A DNA stretch of 64,000 nt from Candidatus Nomurabacteria bacterium (GCA_023267215.1 JAHFNS010000002.1:192892-256891); one strand, 5' to 3'; counted from the stretch's first letter, positions 10,304-21,036 are shown. A program made the numbers and translations. Notes: generated from the letters alone by a model not told the origin.

Positions 10304-12001
10304 ATGGCAACCTTTGATGAAGAAAAGCAAAATAAGCAACTAGATGAAATACACAAACAAGAAGAGGAGGAGTTGGTGGCAACGCTCGCAGAATCGAAAT
10401 ACAAACTTCCTTATGTTGACCTAGCTCGTTTGGGTATAGACAATGAAGCTCTCCGAGCAATCTCCGAAAAAGACGCTCGAGATTTAAAAGTTGCACCTTT
10501 TAAACTTTTTGGTAAAAATATTTTTATTGCTGTCCGCTCTCCGGAAGATGGTCTCCTTGCAAAACTTAAAGACCAAATGGAAAGAGAAAATTTGATTCCT
10601 ACCTTTTATATGGTTTCTATCGCTTCTTTAGAAAAAGTCTGGAGTAGATATGTAGAACTTTCACAAGCTGAAAACTCAAAGGTTGGTGGTTTAGATATAT
10701 CTTTAGAGGTTTTAAAAGAAACGGGAAAGGATATTAATGGAATAAAAGACATAGAGAAACTTATTTCAGAAGCACTTGAAGGAAATCAAATACATCGAAT
10801 TTCTCGAATGTTGGAAATAGTATTAGCTGGAGCTATCGTTATTAACGCTTCTGACATTCACATCGAACCAGAAGAAAATAGAAGTAGATTACGACTTCGT
10901 TTAGATGGAGTACTACACGATGTAATGTTTTTTGAAAATAATATTTATCATTTGTTAAATTCTAGAATAAAACTCCTTTCAGGAATGAAGCTCACTTCTC
11001 AAAATGCGCAAGATGGACGTTTTAGTATTATGGAAGAAAAAGAAGAAATAAATATTCGTACTTCTCTTATTCCTGGAGCTTATGGTGAATCTATTGTAAT
11101 GCGTATTCTTGATCCAAAGTCCATCCAAGTAAAATTAGAAGATATTGGTATAGAACCATATCTATTTTCTGTTATAGAAGAGGAAATAAAAAAACCTAAT
11201 GGTTTAATTTTGGTCACTGGCCCAACTGGTTCTGGAAAAACAACTACACTTTATGCATTTTTGAGAAGGATTTATTCTTCAGAAATAAAAATTATAACTA
11301 TTGAAGACCCGATCGAATATCATTTAAACGGCATCACCCAAACTCAAACAGACAATGAAAAAGGATATACTTTTCTTGAAGGACTAAGAAGTGCCTTGCG
11401 TCAAGATCCAGACGTAGTTATGATCGGAGAAATACGCGACGCAGAAACTGCCAAAACAGCTATAGAATCTGCTCTAACAGGACACATGGTATTCTCTACC
11501 CTTCACACCAACAACGCTGCCGGTGTCATTCCTCGTTTAATTGATCTTGGGGCAAATCCAAAAATAATGGTCTCTGCTCTTTCTCTTTCTATCGCTCAAC
11601 GTTTAACCCGTAAGCTTTGTTCGGTATGTAAAATTGAAAAGATACCAACTGAAAAAGAAACTGCAACATTAAAAATGGTGATGGATAGTATAAAAGAAGA
11701 AGGAAAAAGTCTTTCAAATTATAATATAAACCCTGATGCTCCAATTAAAATTTATTATCCTGTTGGTTGTGAAAAATGTAATATGATAGGTTATAGTGGC
11801 AGAATAGGAATTTTTGAAGCCATTAGAACAGATGAAATGATAGAAAAAATAATTCCATTGAATCCAAGCGAGCGTGAAATAAAAAAAGTTGCACGAGCGC
11901 AAGGAATACTTTCCATGCGTCAAGACGGTGTGGTAAAAATATTGAACGGTATCACCTCGCTCGAAGAAGTGCAAAGTGTCGTTGACTTAAACGAAGAATA
12001 A
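10304..12001 (+). CDS. GspE/PilB family pilus assembly ATPase
   Basis: ASDIHIEP, GPTGSGKTTT, TIEDPIEY, LRQDPD, GHMVFSTLHTN, tetra-Cys. Confidence 0.95.
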   Translation: MATFDEEKQNKQLDEIHKQEEEELVATLAESKYKLPYVDLARLGIDNEALRAISEKDARDLKVAPFKLFGKNIFIAVRSPEDGLLAKLKDQMERENLIPTFYMVSIASLEKVWSRYVELSQAENSKVGGLDISLEVLKETGKDINGIKDIEKLISEALEGNQIHRISRMLEIVLAGAIVINASDIHIEPEENRSRLRLRLDGVLHDVMFFENNIYHLLNSRIKLLSGMKLTSQNAQDGRFSIMEEKEEINIRTSLIPGAYGESIVMRILDPKSIQVKLEDIGIEPYLFSVIEEEIKKPNGLILVTGPTGSGKTTTLYAFLRRIYSSEIKIITIEDPIEYHLNGITQTQTDNEKGYTFLEGLRSALRQDPDVVMIGEIRDAETAKTAIESALTGHMVFSTLHTNNAAGVIPRLIDLGANPKIMVSALSLSIAQRLTRKLCSVCKIEKIPTEKETATLKMVMDSIKEEGKSLSNYNINPDAPIKIYYPVGCEKCNMIGYSGRIGIFEAIRTDEMIEKIIPLNPSEREIKKVARAQGILSMRQDGVVKILNGITSLEEVQSVVDLNEE

Positions 12002-12005
12002 AATT

Positions 12006-12866
12006 ATGAAAATGGAATCCATGCCCAATATTGGGAATACAAAAAATAAAATAGAAGACATTAATGTAACTAAGTTAAAAGATCGTATTATTTCTCTTGT
12101 TTCTGATATTAAAGAAAAATACCCTGCCTTTGAGAAAGTTGTTGAAACACCAGGGAAAATTGTTCGCCTTTTGACAGTACTTGTAGCCCTAGAAGGAGGA
12201 CAATTGTTTGCTCAGGATATTTCTAATAAGAATATACAAACAAAAAATGAATTAAATACTATTCCTTTAACTGAAATACAAACTCAATTAAATTCTTTTA
12301 AATTACCACTTCCAGAAGGAAAGATAAAATTTTCTGAAAACTACAATAGCAATGGTAAAAATTTAGAACAATCTTATGAGGGGATAGTACCCACTGATAC
12401 TGGAATGGTGGGAGATGTGGGTATATTTAAAACGACTCGTGTTATTAACAGATATGAACAAATCAAAAGTTCGAAAGAAGAAGATAATTCTCATTCCAGA
12501 GAAACCATCCTCGCAGAAGAAACAAAGGTGTTAGATGGTTTTAAAGATTCAAAAATAGAAAAATCAACTGATGATATAATAAAAATCTATGGACGTGGTC
12601 AAACAAAACAAGATGCCGTCATGGATGCGATGAGAGCACTTAATACACATGCTGGAGAATATGTCAGTAGTGGATCACAATTAGAGGAATCAGGGAATTT
12701 AAGAGAAACTATAGAAACAAAAATGACTGAGTATATTACAATGGATAGTATGAATATATTTAAAAATCTCCATATTGATAAAATAGAAGAAGTGAAAGAA
12801 GGAGATTTTATCACTTTTCATGTTTATGTTTCAGCGCAAAAAGGGCAACTAAAAACTGTTGAATAG
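12006..12866 (+). CDS. Hypothetical, probably exported protein
   Basis: 286-aa ORF with internal hydrophobic segment ending LFAQD. Confidence 0.7.
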   Translation: MKMESMPNIGNTKNKIEDINVTKLKDRIISLVSDIKEKYPAFEKVVETPGKIVRLLTVLVALEGGQLFAQDISNKNIQTKNELNTIPLTEIQTQLNSFKLPLPEGKIKFSENYNSNGKNLEQSYEGIVPTDTGMVGDVGIFKTTRVINRYEQIKSSKEEDNSHSRETILAEETKVLDGFKDSKIEKSTDDIIKIYGRGQTKQDAVMDAMRALNTHAGEYVSSGSQLEESGNLRETIETKMTEYITMDSMNIFKNLHIDKIEEVKEGDFITFHVYVSAQKGQLKTVE

Positions 12867-12873
12867 AAAACAA

Positions 12874-13443
12874 TTAAAATACAAACTGCTGTAAATCAGC
12901 AGAACCAAAAACTCTTTGAATATCACACTCTCTTATTAAACCGAGTGAAGCATAGTTGGAAAATCCAACATATTCAACTTTTTTGCCTTTTGACTGTATG
13001 TATTTTATTGCTGGTATTAAATCCGTATCAGAGCTAACCACGATAGCTGTGTCATATTTATTTTCGATACCATCCATAACTATATCAATAGCAATCTTTA
13101 CATCTACACCTTTTTCTCTTATTTTGTGGTCATACACAATCTTGCCTCTTTCTATGGTAAATCCATCATTTTCAAGTTTCGAAAGAAATTTTTGTTGATC
13201 GATAACCATCTTTTTAGATTTTGGAGTGTGATCAAAATTCCTAACTATTCCTACATAATATCCTTTACCTAATAACATCCTCGGAGAAGCCAGAAATTCA
13301 GAAAAAGCCTTAAAGTCAAATTTTTTCCCATATGAAACGATGCTAGGAATAATAGAATTATCTATTTTATTTATAGAATCTTTAAATAAAGCTCTATATG
13401 TATTACCCCCATCTATGTATATTTTTACTCTCTCAGAATTCAT
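12874..13443 (-). CDS. NYN/LabA (PIN-like) domain protein
   Basis: IYIDGGN, EKGVDVKIAID, SSDTDLIPAI. Confidence 0.92.
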   Translation of the reverse strand: MNSERVKIYIDGGNTYRALFKDSINKIDNSIIPSIVSYGKKFDFKAFSEFLASPRMLLGKGYYVGIVRNFDHTPKSKKMVIDQQKFLSKLENDGFTIERGKIVYDHKIREKGVDVKIAIDIVMDGIENKYDTAIVVSSDTDLIPAIKYIQSKGKKVEYVGFSNYASLGLIRECDIQRVFGSADLQQFVF

Positions 13444-13958
13444 ACCCTAAAATTATATCATGCAAACGAAAAACTGCCCTTGTCTTGCGACAGTGGCAGT
13501 GATCTTAGTACTAGAATTATATCATAGAGTTATCCACAAAGTCAACTTTATAATACAAAATACAAAGTAAGTCAACAATAAAAAATTAAAAGTAAAACAC
13601 ATCAGTAGAAACAAAAAAAACACTAATCTCTAAACAATCCTTTCCGAGCTAAACCCCGAAAGTAACAAATTCTTGAAGGATGGTTCCAGAAAACTTAAAA
13701 AGCACCAAAACGTCCTACGTAAACTTATATAACCGATGGCTGATTGCTTAGAGATTAGTGTCTTCTTAAAAAGAAAAACAAAACTCTCACAAAAATAATT
13801 ATACTATATTCAAATTTAGGTAAATGCTATAATGTGTATAGCTCTGTGGAAAGTGTGTTAATAAAGTACCATATTTAGAGTATAGCATACTATAAAATAA
13901 ATGTCAACCCCATAATTGATATTTTAGAAACACTACTTAGAATAAAAAGTAAAAAACC

Positions 13959-14969
13959 ATGAAAAATAAAGCTAAAAACGAAATAAAGGCAGATGAATCT
14001 ATTTTAGATACTACCCTTCGTCCTACTCGTTGGGATGAATATATTGGCCAAAAACACATAAAAGACAACGTTAAAATTCTTTTACGAGCTGCAGAAGAAA
14101 GAGGCCATATTCCAGAACATATTCTTTTTTATGGACCTCCAGGCTTAGGAAAAACTACTCTCGCCCACTTGATAGCAAAAGAAACTGGCAAACAAATGAA
14201 AATAACTTCCGGGCCCGCTATTGAAAAAGTTGGAGATCTTGCTTCTATTCTCACAAACCTTGCTTCAGGTGATATTCTTTTTATAGATGAGATACACAGA
14301 CTCAACAAAATGGTTGAAGAGATACTCTATCCTGCTATGGAGTCTGGGGTCCTCGACATAATCATTGGAAAAGGTCCTTCTGCTCGCACTATCCAACTCG
14401 ATCTTCCACCTTTCACATTAATCGCAGCCACGACACGCGTGGCACTCGTCTCCTCTCCTCTTCGCTCACGATTTTCTGGTGGAGTTTTTAGATTAGAATT
14501 TTATTCAAATGAAGAAATTGCGGAGATTGTAAAAAGATCTAGTAAATTATTAAAAACAGAACTAGATGAAGGTGCTTTAAAAGAAATTGCCAAGAGAAGC
14601 AGATTTACTCCCCGTACTGCAAACTATTTTTTAAAGAGAGCTCGAGATTTTGCACAAGTACACAAAAAAAATTTAGATGAGAAAACTGTAAAGGAGGCAC
14701 TGAACATGCTCGCTATAGATGACATCGGATTAAATTCATCTGATAGAAAGTTTTTAGAAATATTGATTGATAAATTTGATGGTGGGCCTGTAGGGCTCAA
14801 AACCATCGGGGCAGCAATGTCGGAAGAAGAAGCGACAGTTGAAGAAGTAATTGAGCCATATTTAATTCAATTGGGGCTCCTAGAACGCACTGCTCGTGGA
14901 CGTGTGGCAACAGAAAAAGCATATTTGCATTTAGATTTTGACCCTGTCGTTCGCGAACGACGGGGTTGA
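13959..14969 (+). CDS. ruvB: Holliday junction helicase RuvB
   Basis: LRPTRWDEYIGQ, GPPGLGKTT, IDEIHRL, EPYLIQ.G. Confidence 0.98.
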   Translation: MKNKAKNEIKADESILDTTLRPTRWDEYIGQKHIKDNVKILLRAAEERGHIPEHILFYGPPGLGKTTLAHLIAKETGKQMKITSGPAIEKVGDLASILTNLASGDILFIDEIHRLNKMVEEILYPAMESGVLDIIIGKGPSARTIQLDLPPFTLIAATTRVALVSSPLRSRFSGGVFRLEFYSNEEIAEIVKRSSKLLKTELDEGALKEIAKRSRFTPRTANYFLKRARDFAQVHKKNLDEKTVKEALNMLAIDDIGLNSSDRKFLEILIDKFDGGPVGLKTIGAAMSEEEATVEEVIEPYLIQLGLLERTARGRVATEKAYLHLDFDPVVRERRG

Positions 14970-14993
14970 TTATAAAGAAGAAAAATAAATAAT

Positions 14994-15530
14994 ATGTCCG
15001 GACATAATAAATGGTCTCAAATTAAACATAAGAAAGATATCACTGATGCAAAAAAGAGTAAAATCTTTTCAAAGCTAGTACGTTTTATTTCTGTGGAAGC
15101 AAAATTATCTGGAGGAAAAGATTCACCTGGTTTAAGAGCAGCTGTAGAAAAAGCCAAGAAAGTAAATATGCCTTCGGAAAATATCGAAAGAGCTATCAAA
15201 AAAGCTTCTGAAGGAGGAGAACAGATGGAATCTATTACTTATGAAGCTTATGGCCCTGGAGGGGTAGGAATAATTATAGACACTCTCACAGACAGTAGAA
15301 ATAGGACAGTGCAAGATATAAAACACATCCTCACTAAAAATGGTTTTGTTTTGGGAGCTGTCGGGTCTGTTGTTTGGTCTTTTTCAAAAGAAAAAACTAA
15401 CGAGGGATTAATCTGGAAACCAAACATGTTTATCCCCGCTTCTGACACAGATATAGAATTATTAGATAAAATAGTAGATGAACTTGAAGAAAATGATGAT
15501 GTTCAAGACGTTTACACTAATGCAGAATGA
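14994..15530 (+). CDS. yebC: YebC/PmpR family protein, short form
   Basis: MSGHNKWSQIKHKK, YEAYGPGG, DDVQDVYTN. Confidence 0.95.
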   Translation: MSGHNKWSQIKHKKDITDAKKSKIFSKLVRFISVEAKLSGGKDSPGLRAAVEKAKKVNMPSENIERAIKKASEGGEQMESITYEAYGPGGVGIIIDTLTDSRNRTVQDIKHILTKNGFVLGAVGSVVWSFSKEKTNEGLIWKPNMFIPASDTDIELLDKIVDELEENDDVQDVYTNAE

Positions 15531-16030
15531 TAATTTTAGGCATAGATCCTGGTTTTGAAAGACTAGGGGTCGCAATACTAGAAAAAAATAAAGGCGAGAA
15601 AAAACCCTTCGATAAAACTCAGGGTAAAGAAAAGGTATTATTTTCAGAATGTTTTCATACATCTGCTAAATTAGAATTTTCTGACAGACTCTCTTTGATA
15701 GGAAAAGAAATAAAAAAAATAATAAAAAAATTTAAGCCAGAAGTTTTGGCCATTGAGACTTTATTTTTAAATACGAACCAAAAAACTGTAATGCATGTTG
15801 CAGAAGTGCGAGGAATTATTATTTACGAAGCTTCACTGTCTGGTTTGAAAATATTTGAAGCTTCTCCCCCACAAATAAAAATAGCCACTACTGGATATGG
15901 AAAAGCAAACAAAGAACAAGTTATGAAAATGGTGAAAATATTAGTTGAAATAGATAATCGCAAGAAGTCAGATGATGAATTAGACGCTATTGCTATCGCT
16001 TTAACAGCCTTTGCTCATATGCGTTTTTAA
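15527..16030 (+). CDS. ruvC: Holliday junction resolvase RuvC
   Basis: ILGIDPG, AIE, TGYGKANK, DDELDAIAIA. Confidence 0.96.
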   Translation: MIILGIDPGFERLGVAILEKNKGEKKPFDKTQGKEKVLFSECFHTSAKLEFSDRLSLIGKEIKKIIKKFKPEVLAIETLFLNTNQKTVMHVAEVRGIIIYEASLSGLKIFEASPPQIKIATTGYGKANKEQVMKMVKILVEIDNRKKSDDELDAIAIALTAFAHMRF

Positions 16031-16146
16031 ACAATCATATTTCTGTATATAAGTTATCCACATATTCTATTGCCAAGAGTTTTAGATTTTGATACAAAGT
16101 AATAAATTAATAAGGGGTCGTTTAATAAACGTAAAATATTTTTAAT

Positions 16147-16287
16147 ATGAGTTACGATGAAGATGAAGATATAACAATGGGTATGGGGGATGATTTAGAA
16201 AACGAAGATACTCCATTAGACTTACCAGAAGATGTAGAACCAGTAGACACAGAAGACGATTATGATCCAGATAGCAGATATCACTAA
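16147..16287 (+). CDS. Unannotated 46-aa highly acidic protein
   Basis: MSYDEDEDITMGMGDDLENEDTPLDLPEDVEPVDTEDDYDPDSRYH; upstream ttgcca-N17-tacaaa; downstream terminator. Confidence 0.75.
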   Translation: MSYDEDEDITMGMGDDLENEDTPLDLPEDVEPVDTEDDYDPDSRYH

Positions 16288-16289
16288 AT

Positions 16290-16317
16290 AAAAAACCGCC
16301 TATCAGGCGGTTTTTTA
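16290..16317. terminator. Bidirectional intrinsic terminator
   Basis: aaaaaaccgcct-atc-aggcggtttttt between convergent genes. Confidence 0.85.
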
Positions 16318-17505
16318 TTATATAATTTTTATAAATTTTCTTTTACCTATCTTAAATTTCATTCCACTTTGAGGAATAAAATTTACATCAGTTATTTTTT
16401 TATCTAAAGTAAGATCTGTTACAGCTCCTTCTTCTATAAGTCTTCTGAATTCACCCTTAGAAGCTAATATTTTATTCATTACTAAAATATCCATTAACAT
16501 TTTTCCACTCCCTAAGAGCTCAATCATTTCTTCTGGAATTTCTTTCTTTGAAAAAATATTTTCCCAATTCTTTTCTGCTTCTTCTGCTTTTCTCTCTCCA
16601 TTATAAAAAGAAACAATTTCTTTTGCCAAACGTTTCTTAAAAATCATTGGACTTTCACCATTTTCCATAGATTTTTTCATTTTTTCTATTTCACTCATTG
16701 ATACACGTGTTACTAATTCAAAATAATCCCAAATTACATCATCAATTATTGACATAACTTTTCCATACATATCATCTGGACTAGTAACTATTGGAATATA
16801 ATTTAAGAGACTCTTTCCCATTGGTTTTCCATCTGATCCAAGAAGTAATTTCATAGCAATAGCTGATTGAGCTTCTACGCCAAAAAGTGGCATCAATTTT
16901 CTTCCAGCAAGAAGATTAAAAGTTTGATCTGTACCACCAAGTTCTAAATCACATTCAAGAATCACTGAGTCATAACCTTGCATAATAGGATAAGACCATT
17001 CATCAAAACCAATAGTTTTCCCTTCATTAAAACGTTTTTTAAAAGTTTCTCTATCAAACATTTGTTGAACTGAGTAAGCCTTTGCCATACCTAAATATTT
17101 TTTTAGAGTAAGTTTATCAAGCCATTCTGAATTATGTTCTATTTTTGTTCCTTCTTTTAATACAGTTTTAAAAAATTGTTCTTTATATGTTTTTTCTTTT
17201 TCTTTAATTTCCTTCTCATTTGTTTCACCACGCATATCTACTTTATCTGAGTGATCACCAACAATAGTAGTAAAATCTCCAATAATTAAAGTAACCTGAT
17301 GCCCTAATTCTTGTAAGTCTCTTAATTTTCTATGTACTACACTATGACCCAAATGTAGATCTTTTCCAGTAACATCCGTACCGAGCTTAATATGAAGTTT
17401 TTTACCAGAAAGTAATTTCTTTTTTAATTCTTCTCGTCCAAAAATATCATGTACTCCACGAGTTAAAATCTCTTCTATTCTTTTTTCATCTGTAATAACC
17501 TTCAT
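16318..17505 (-). CDS. tyrS: Tyrosine--tRNA ligase
   Basis: HLGH, YPIMQGYD, GGTDQ, PMGKS (KMSKS variant), C-terminal S4 domain. Confidence 0.96.
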   Translation of the reverse strand: MKVITDEKRIEEILTRGVHDIFGREELKKKLLSGKKLHIKLGTDVTGKDLHLGHSVVHRKLRDLQELGHQVTLIIGDFTTIVGDHSDKVDMRGETNEKEIKEKEKTYKEQFFKTVLKEGTKIEHNSEWLDKLTLKKYLGMAKAYSVQQMFDRETFKKRFNEGKTIGFDEWSYPIMQGYDSVILECDLELGGTDQTFNLLAGRKLMPLFGVEAQSAIAMKLLLGSDGKPMGKSLLNYIPIVTSPDDMYGKVMSIIDDVIWDYFELVTRVSMSEIEKMKKSMENGESPMIFKKRLAKEIVSFYNGERKAEEAEKNWENIFSKKEIPEEMIELLGSGKMLMDILVMNKILASKGEFRRLIEEGAVTDLTLDKKITDVNFIPQSGMKFKIGKRKFIKII

Positions 17506-17544
17506 AATTCGAATTATAACACATTTTCTGGTATAATTAAAAGA

Positions 17545-20064
17545 ATGAAAAAAGGATTCAGAAAAATAGGTATCCCAAAAAATTTGTTATGGTTTGTGAC
17601 TAGTTTTTTCATTTTGATAATTGGAATAGGAATTATTTGGGTTTCTTCTTTTAAAATACCTGATTTTCATTCCTTCGAAGATAGAAAAGTTATAAACTCT
17701 ACTAAAATATATGATCGCACTGGACAAATTTTACTTTATGATATACACCAAGACATAAAAAGAACAAATGTCCCTTTCGAAAAAATGAGTAGCAATATTA
17801 AAAATGCTACTGTCGCCATAGAAGATTCTGAATTTTATAATCATGGTGGAATAAGAATAACCTCTATAATAAGAGCTGTTTTGTCTAATTTATTTAATAC
17901 CGGAAACAAAACTCAGGGTGGTTCAACCATCACTCAACAGTTAGTCAAAAATACTCTTCTCACTCAAAAACAAACCATCACTAGAAAGATAAAAGAATGG
18001 GTCTTGGCAATAAAAATAGACAACTCTATGCCTAAAGAAAAAATTCTAGAATACTATTTAAACGAAAATCCTTATGGTGGAAACGTTTATGGCATAGAAG
18101 AAGCATCTAAAACTTATTTCAACAAAGATGCTATTGATCTCAATCTAGCAGAATCTGCTTATCTAGCGTCTATTCCACAATCTCCAACTACTCTTTCTCC
18201 TTATGGGAAAAATAGAGAAAAGCTAGATGCTAGAAAAAATTTAGTTCTCTCTAGAATGTTAGAACTTAAATTTATCACCCAAGCAGAATATGATATCGCA
18301 AAAAATCAAATCGTAAATTTTGCTCCTCAAGCTACTACTGGCATTAAAGCACCTCATTTTGTTTTTTTTATAAAAGACTATCTTGAACAAAAATATGGAA
18401 GTGAATTAGTTGAGAAAGGTGGATTAAAAGTCACAACCTCTCTTGATTATGACCTACAAGAAAAAGGAGAACAAATAGTAAAAGATGGAGCACTCGAAAA
18501 TGAAAAAAATTGGAATGGGAAAAATGCCGGCCTTGTAGCCATAGATCCAAAAACAGGACAAATCTTAACCATGGTTGGTTCAAGAAACTATTTTGATAAA
18601 CAGATAGATGGAAATTTTAATATTACAACAGCTTCTAGACAGCCAGGCTCTTCTTTTAAGCCTTTTATTTACGCTACAGCCTTCAATAAGGGGTTTACGC
18701 CGGATTCTGTACTCTTTGACCTACCAACAGAATTTCAAACCACATGTAACGCTTATGGCAAAGCTCTCCCAGGACATAGTCAGAGTGATTGCTATATGCC
18801 AAGTGATTATGATAATAAAACAGTTGGACCAATATCGCTTCGTGATGCATTGGCAGAATCAAGAAACATTCCAGCTGTAAAACTTTTTTATCTAGCAGGA
18901 CTTAAAGATTCACTTCAAACAGCACAATCTATGGGCATTAGTACTTTGACTGATATAAGTCGTTACGGACTTACTCTTGTTATCGGGGGTGGTGAAGTAT
19001 CTCTTTTAGATATGACTTCCGCTTATAGTGTCTTCGCAAATGATGGAGTTAGAAATCAATATACAGGAATCTTAAAAGTTGAAGACATGAATGGAAAAGT
19101 TTTAGAAGAATATGTTCCTAATCCAAAAGAAATTTTACCTAAAAATACCGCTCTCACTATTTCAGATATTTTGTCAGATAATACAGCTCGTATTCCAACT
19201 TTTGGTGCTTCTTCTCCCCTTTTTATCCCTGGCAAAGATGTAGCAGTAAAAACAGGAACTACAAATAGTAATAAGGATGCGTGGACGATAGGATACACTC
19301 CATCAATAGCTGTTGGTGTTTGGGCTGGAAATAACGACAACAAGCCAATGAAAAAAGGTGGTTCGGCTGTTGCAGGTCCTATTTGGAATAAATTTATTAT
19401 TGAAGCTTTAAAAATACTACCAAATGAAAAATTTGAAAAACCAAATTTAGATATCGATCCAAAAGTAGTAAAACCAATATTGCGTGGTTATTGGCAAGGA
19501 AATGAAAACTTTTTTATAGATAAAATCTCTGGAAAATTGGCAACCGAATTTACACCCAAAGAAACTTTACAAGAAAAAGTAATAACAAATGTGCATTCTA
19601 TTTTATATTGGGTAAATAAAAATGACATTTTAGGAGCACCGCCTACAGACCCAAATAGTGATTCTCAATTCAGTCATTGGGAAATACCAGTGCAAGATTG
19701 GTGGGCAAAAAACAGTGGAAAATATGCAAAAACAACTTGGGCAGAAAAACCAGGAGCCGTAGACGACATTCACTCAAACACATCCACTCCAATTGTCTCA
19801 ATAATAGAACCCGACACCACAACGATTTATCCTCGTGATCAAAAAATACAAGTTAAAATTTCAAGTTCTGGAAATTTTCCACTTCAAAAAATAGATGTTT
19901 TTATAAACAACACATTTATAGATACAATTAAAAGTCCTTTTGATTTTTCCTTCACTCCGGAAGAATTAGATAATCTAAAATCAGAAAATGAATTAAAAAT
20001 AATTTCCTACGACACAGCTTACAATCGTGGAGAAACTAGTGTGATTTTTAAGGTAAATCAATAA
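17545..20064 (+). CDS. Class A penicillin-binding protein with C-terminal Ig-like domain
   Basis: AIEDSEFY, GGSTITQQLVKN, SSFK, SRN, KTGT. Confidence 0.96.
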   Translation: MKKGFRKIGIPKNLLWFVTSFFILIIGIGIIWVSSFKIPDFHSFEDRKVINSTKIYDRTGQILLYDIHQDIKRTNVPFEKMSSNIKNATVAIEDSEFYNHGGIRITSIIRAVLSNLFNTGNKTQGGSTITQQLVKNTLLTQKQTITRKIKEWVLAIKIDNSMPKEKILEYYLNENPYGGNVYGIEEASKTYFNKDAIDLNLAESAYLASIPQSPTTLSPYGKNREKLDARKNLVLSRMLELKFITQAEYDIAKNQIVNFAPQATTGIKAPHFVFFIKDYLEQKYGSELVEKGGLKVTTSLDYDLQEKGEQIVKDGALENEKNWNGKNAGLVAIDPKTGQILTMVGSRNYFDKQIDGNFNITTASRQPGSSFKPFIYATAFNKGFTPDSVLFDLPTEFQTTCNAYGKALPGHSQSDCYMPSDYDNKTVGPISLRDALAESRNIPAVKLFYLAGLKDSLQTAQSMGISTLTDISRYGLTLVIGGGEVSLLDMTSAYSVFANDGVRNQYTGILKVEDMNGKVLEEYVPNPKEILPKNTALTISDILSDNTARIPTFGASSPLFIPGKDVAVKTGTTNSNKDAWTIGYTPSIAVGVWAGNNDNKPMKKGGSAVAGPIWNKFIIEALKILPNEKFEKPNLDIDPKVVKPILRGYWQGNENFFIDKISGKLATEFTPKETLQEKVITNVHSILYWVNKNDILGAPPTDPNSDSQFSHWEIPVQDWWAKNSGKYAKTTWAEKPGAVDDIHSNTSTPIVSIIEPDTTTIYPRDQKIQVKISSSGNFPLQKIDVFINNTFIDTIKSPFDFSFTPEELDNLKSENELKIISYDTAYNRGETSVIFKVNQ

Positions 20065-20067
20065 AAG

Positions 20068-20094
20068 AAAAGCGTACATATTTCGTACGCTTTT
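20068..20094. terminator. Bidirectional intrinsic terminator
   Basis: aaaagcgtac..gtacgctttt between convergent genes. Confidence 0.75.
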
Positions 20095-20099
20095 TGTTT

Positions 20100-20522
20100 T
20101 TAAACATTTCGACAAACTAAGTCTCTATTATGATCTTGGGATATATAACCAGATTCCTCAAAATCATCGAGAAGAGATCTAAGGGCTTCAATATCTTTGT
20201 CAGACATACATTTATAGTGTTCTTTGGCAGAACTAAAGATTTTTTCTCTCCTTATCGCCTGCCCTACTTTAACACTATTCATTATTTTTTCAAACCATTC
20301 AGGAACGACCACTTTTCCTAATATCTTTTTTCTTTGTATGGCAAAATGGTCTGCATAACACACAATATTATTACCCCTAAATTCAGTGAAACCCACAAGT
20401 AAAATAGGCTCTACTCTATCATTTGAAAATATTGTTCTAACAGAAAGTTTCTTTCTGTTTAATAGTTTTTCCAAACGACGACTTTCTTTATCCCCTGTGT
20501 GAAAAAATACCATTTCTCCCAT
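20100..20522 (-). CDS. Hypothetical protein
   Basis: 140-aa ORF with upstream gaggt SD-like site. Confidence 0.6.
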   Translation of the reverse strand: MGEMVFFHTGDKESRRLEKLLNRKKLSVRTIFSNDRVEPILLVGFTEFRGNNIVCYADHFAIQRKKILGKVVVPEWFEKIMNSVKVGQAIRREKIFSSAKEHYKCMSDKDIEALRSLLDDFEESGYISQDHNRDLVCRNV

Positions 20523-20578
20523 AAAGAACCTCTTTTTTTGATTTAAATAAATGATATCCTTAAAGTAGGAATTGTCAA

Positions 20579-21034
20579 CTACTGAATATTCAACTTAAAA
20601 ACTTTACAAATATCACTAGATTCGTCTTTCGTTTTTCGATACAACACCCATTTATTTTTTAAAAGAAATCTTTCAACTAATGGATTATCCGTACAAGTTA
20701 AAATAAATTTCTCTTTTTTATTTTTTATATATTCCAAACGTTTTTCATATAACGTATTATATATGCCTTGTTTACGGTATTCTGGTAACACAACAGCACA
20801 GCAAAACCAAGGCAAACCATTATCAATTTCATCAGGGCTTGCATTATAACTGACAGCCCCTAATCCAATAATATTATTTCCATCAAAACATCCAATAATA
20901 TATTCCGATTTTTTTAATTCTTCTAGTGGATCTACGGGATAATCAATACCCCAAGAATATTTTCGGATAATTTCAGCACACTCTTTTAAGAGTAGGCCTG
21001 TTTTGTATATTTTTTTACAAGTAAACATAAACAA
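20579..21034 (-). CDS. GNAT family acetyltransferase
   Basis: AVVLPEYRKQGIY motif A. Confidence 0.85.
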   Translation of the reverse strand: MFMFTCKKIYKTGLLLKECAEIIRKYSWGIDYPVDPLEELKKSEYIIGCFDGNNIIGLGAVSYNASPDEIDNGLPWFCCAVVLPEYRKQGIYNTLYEKRLEYIKNKKEKFILTCTDNPLVERFLLKNKWVLYRKTKDESSDICKVFKLNIQ

Positions 21035-21036
21035 AA

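Noticed and set aside
14967-15530. Alternative genetic code (TGA read as Gly or Trp)
   Set aside because: ruvB and yebC end at TGA at expected lengths, and long genes are intact under code 11.
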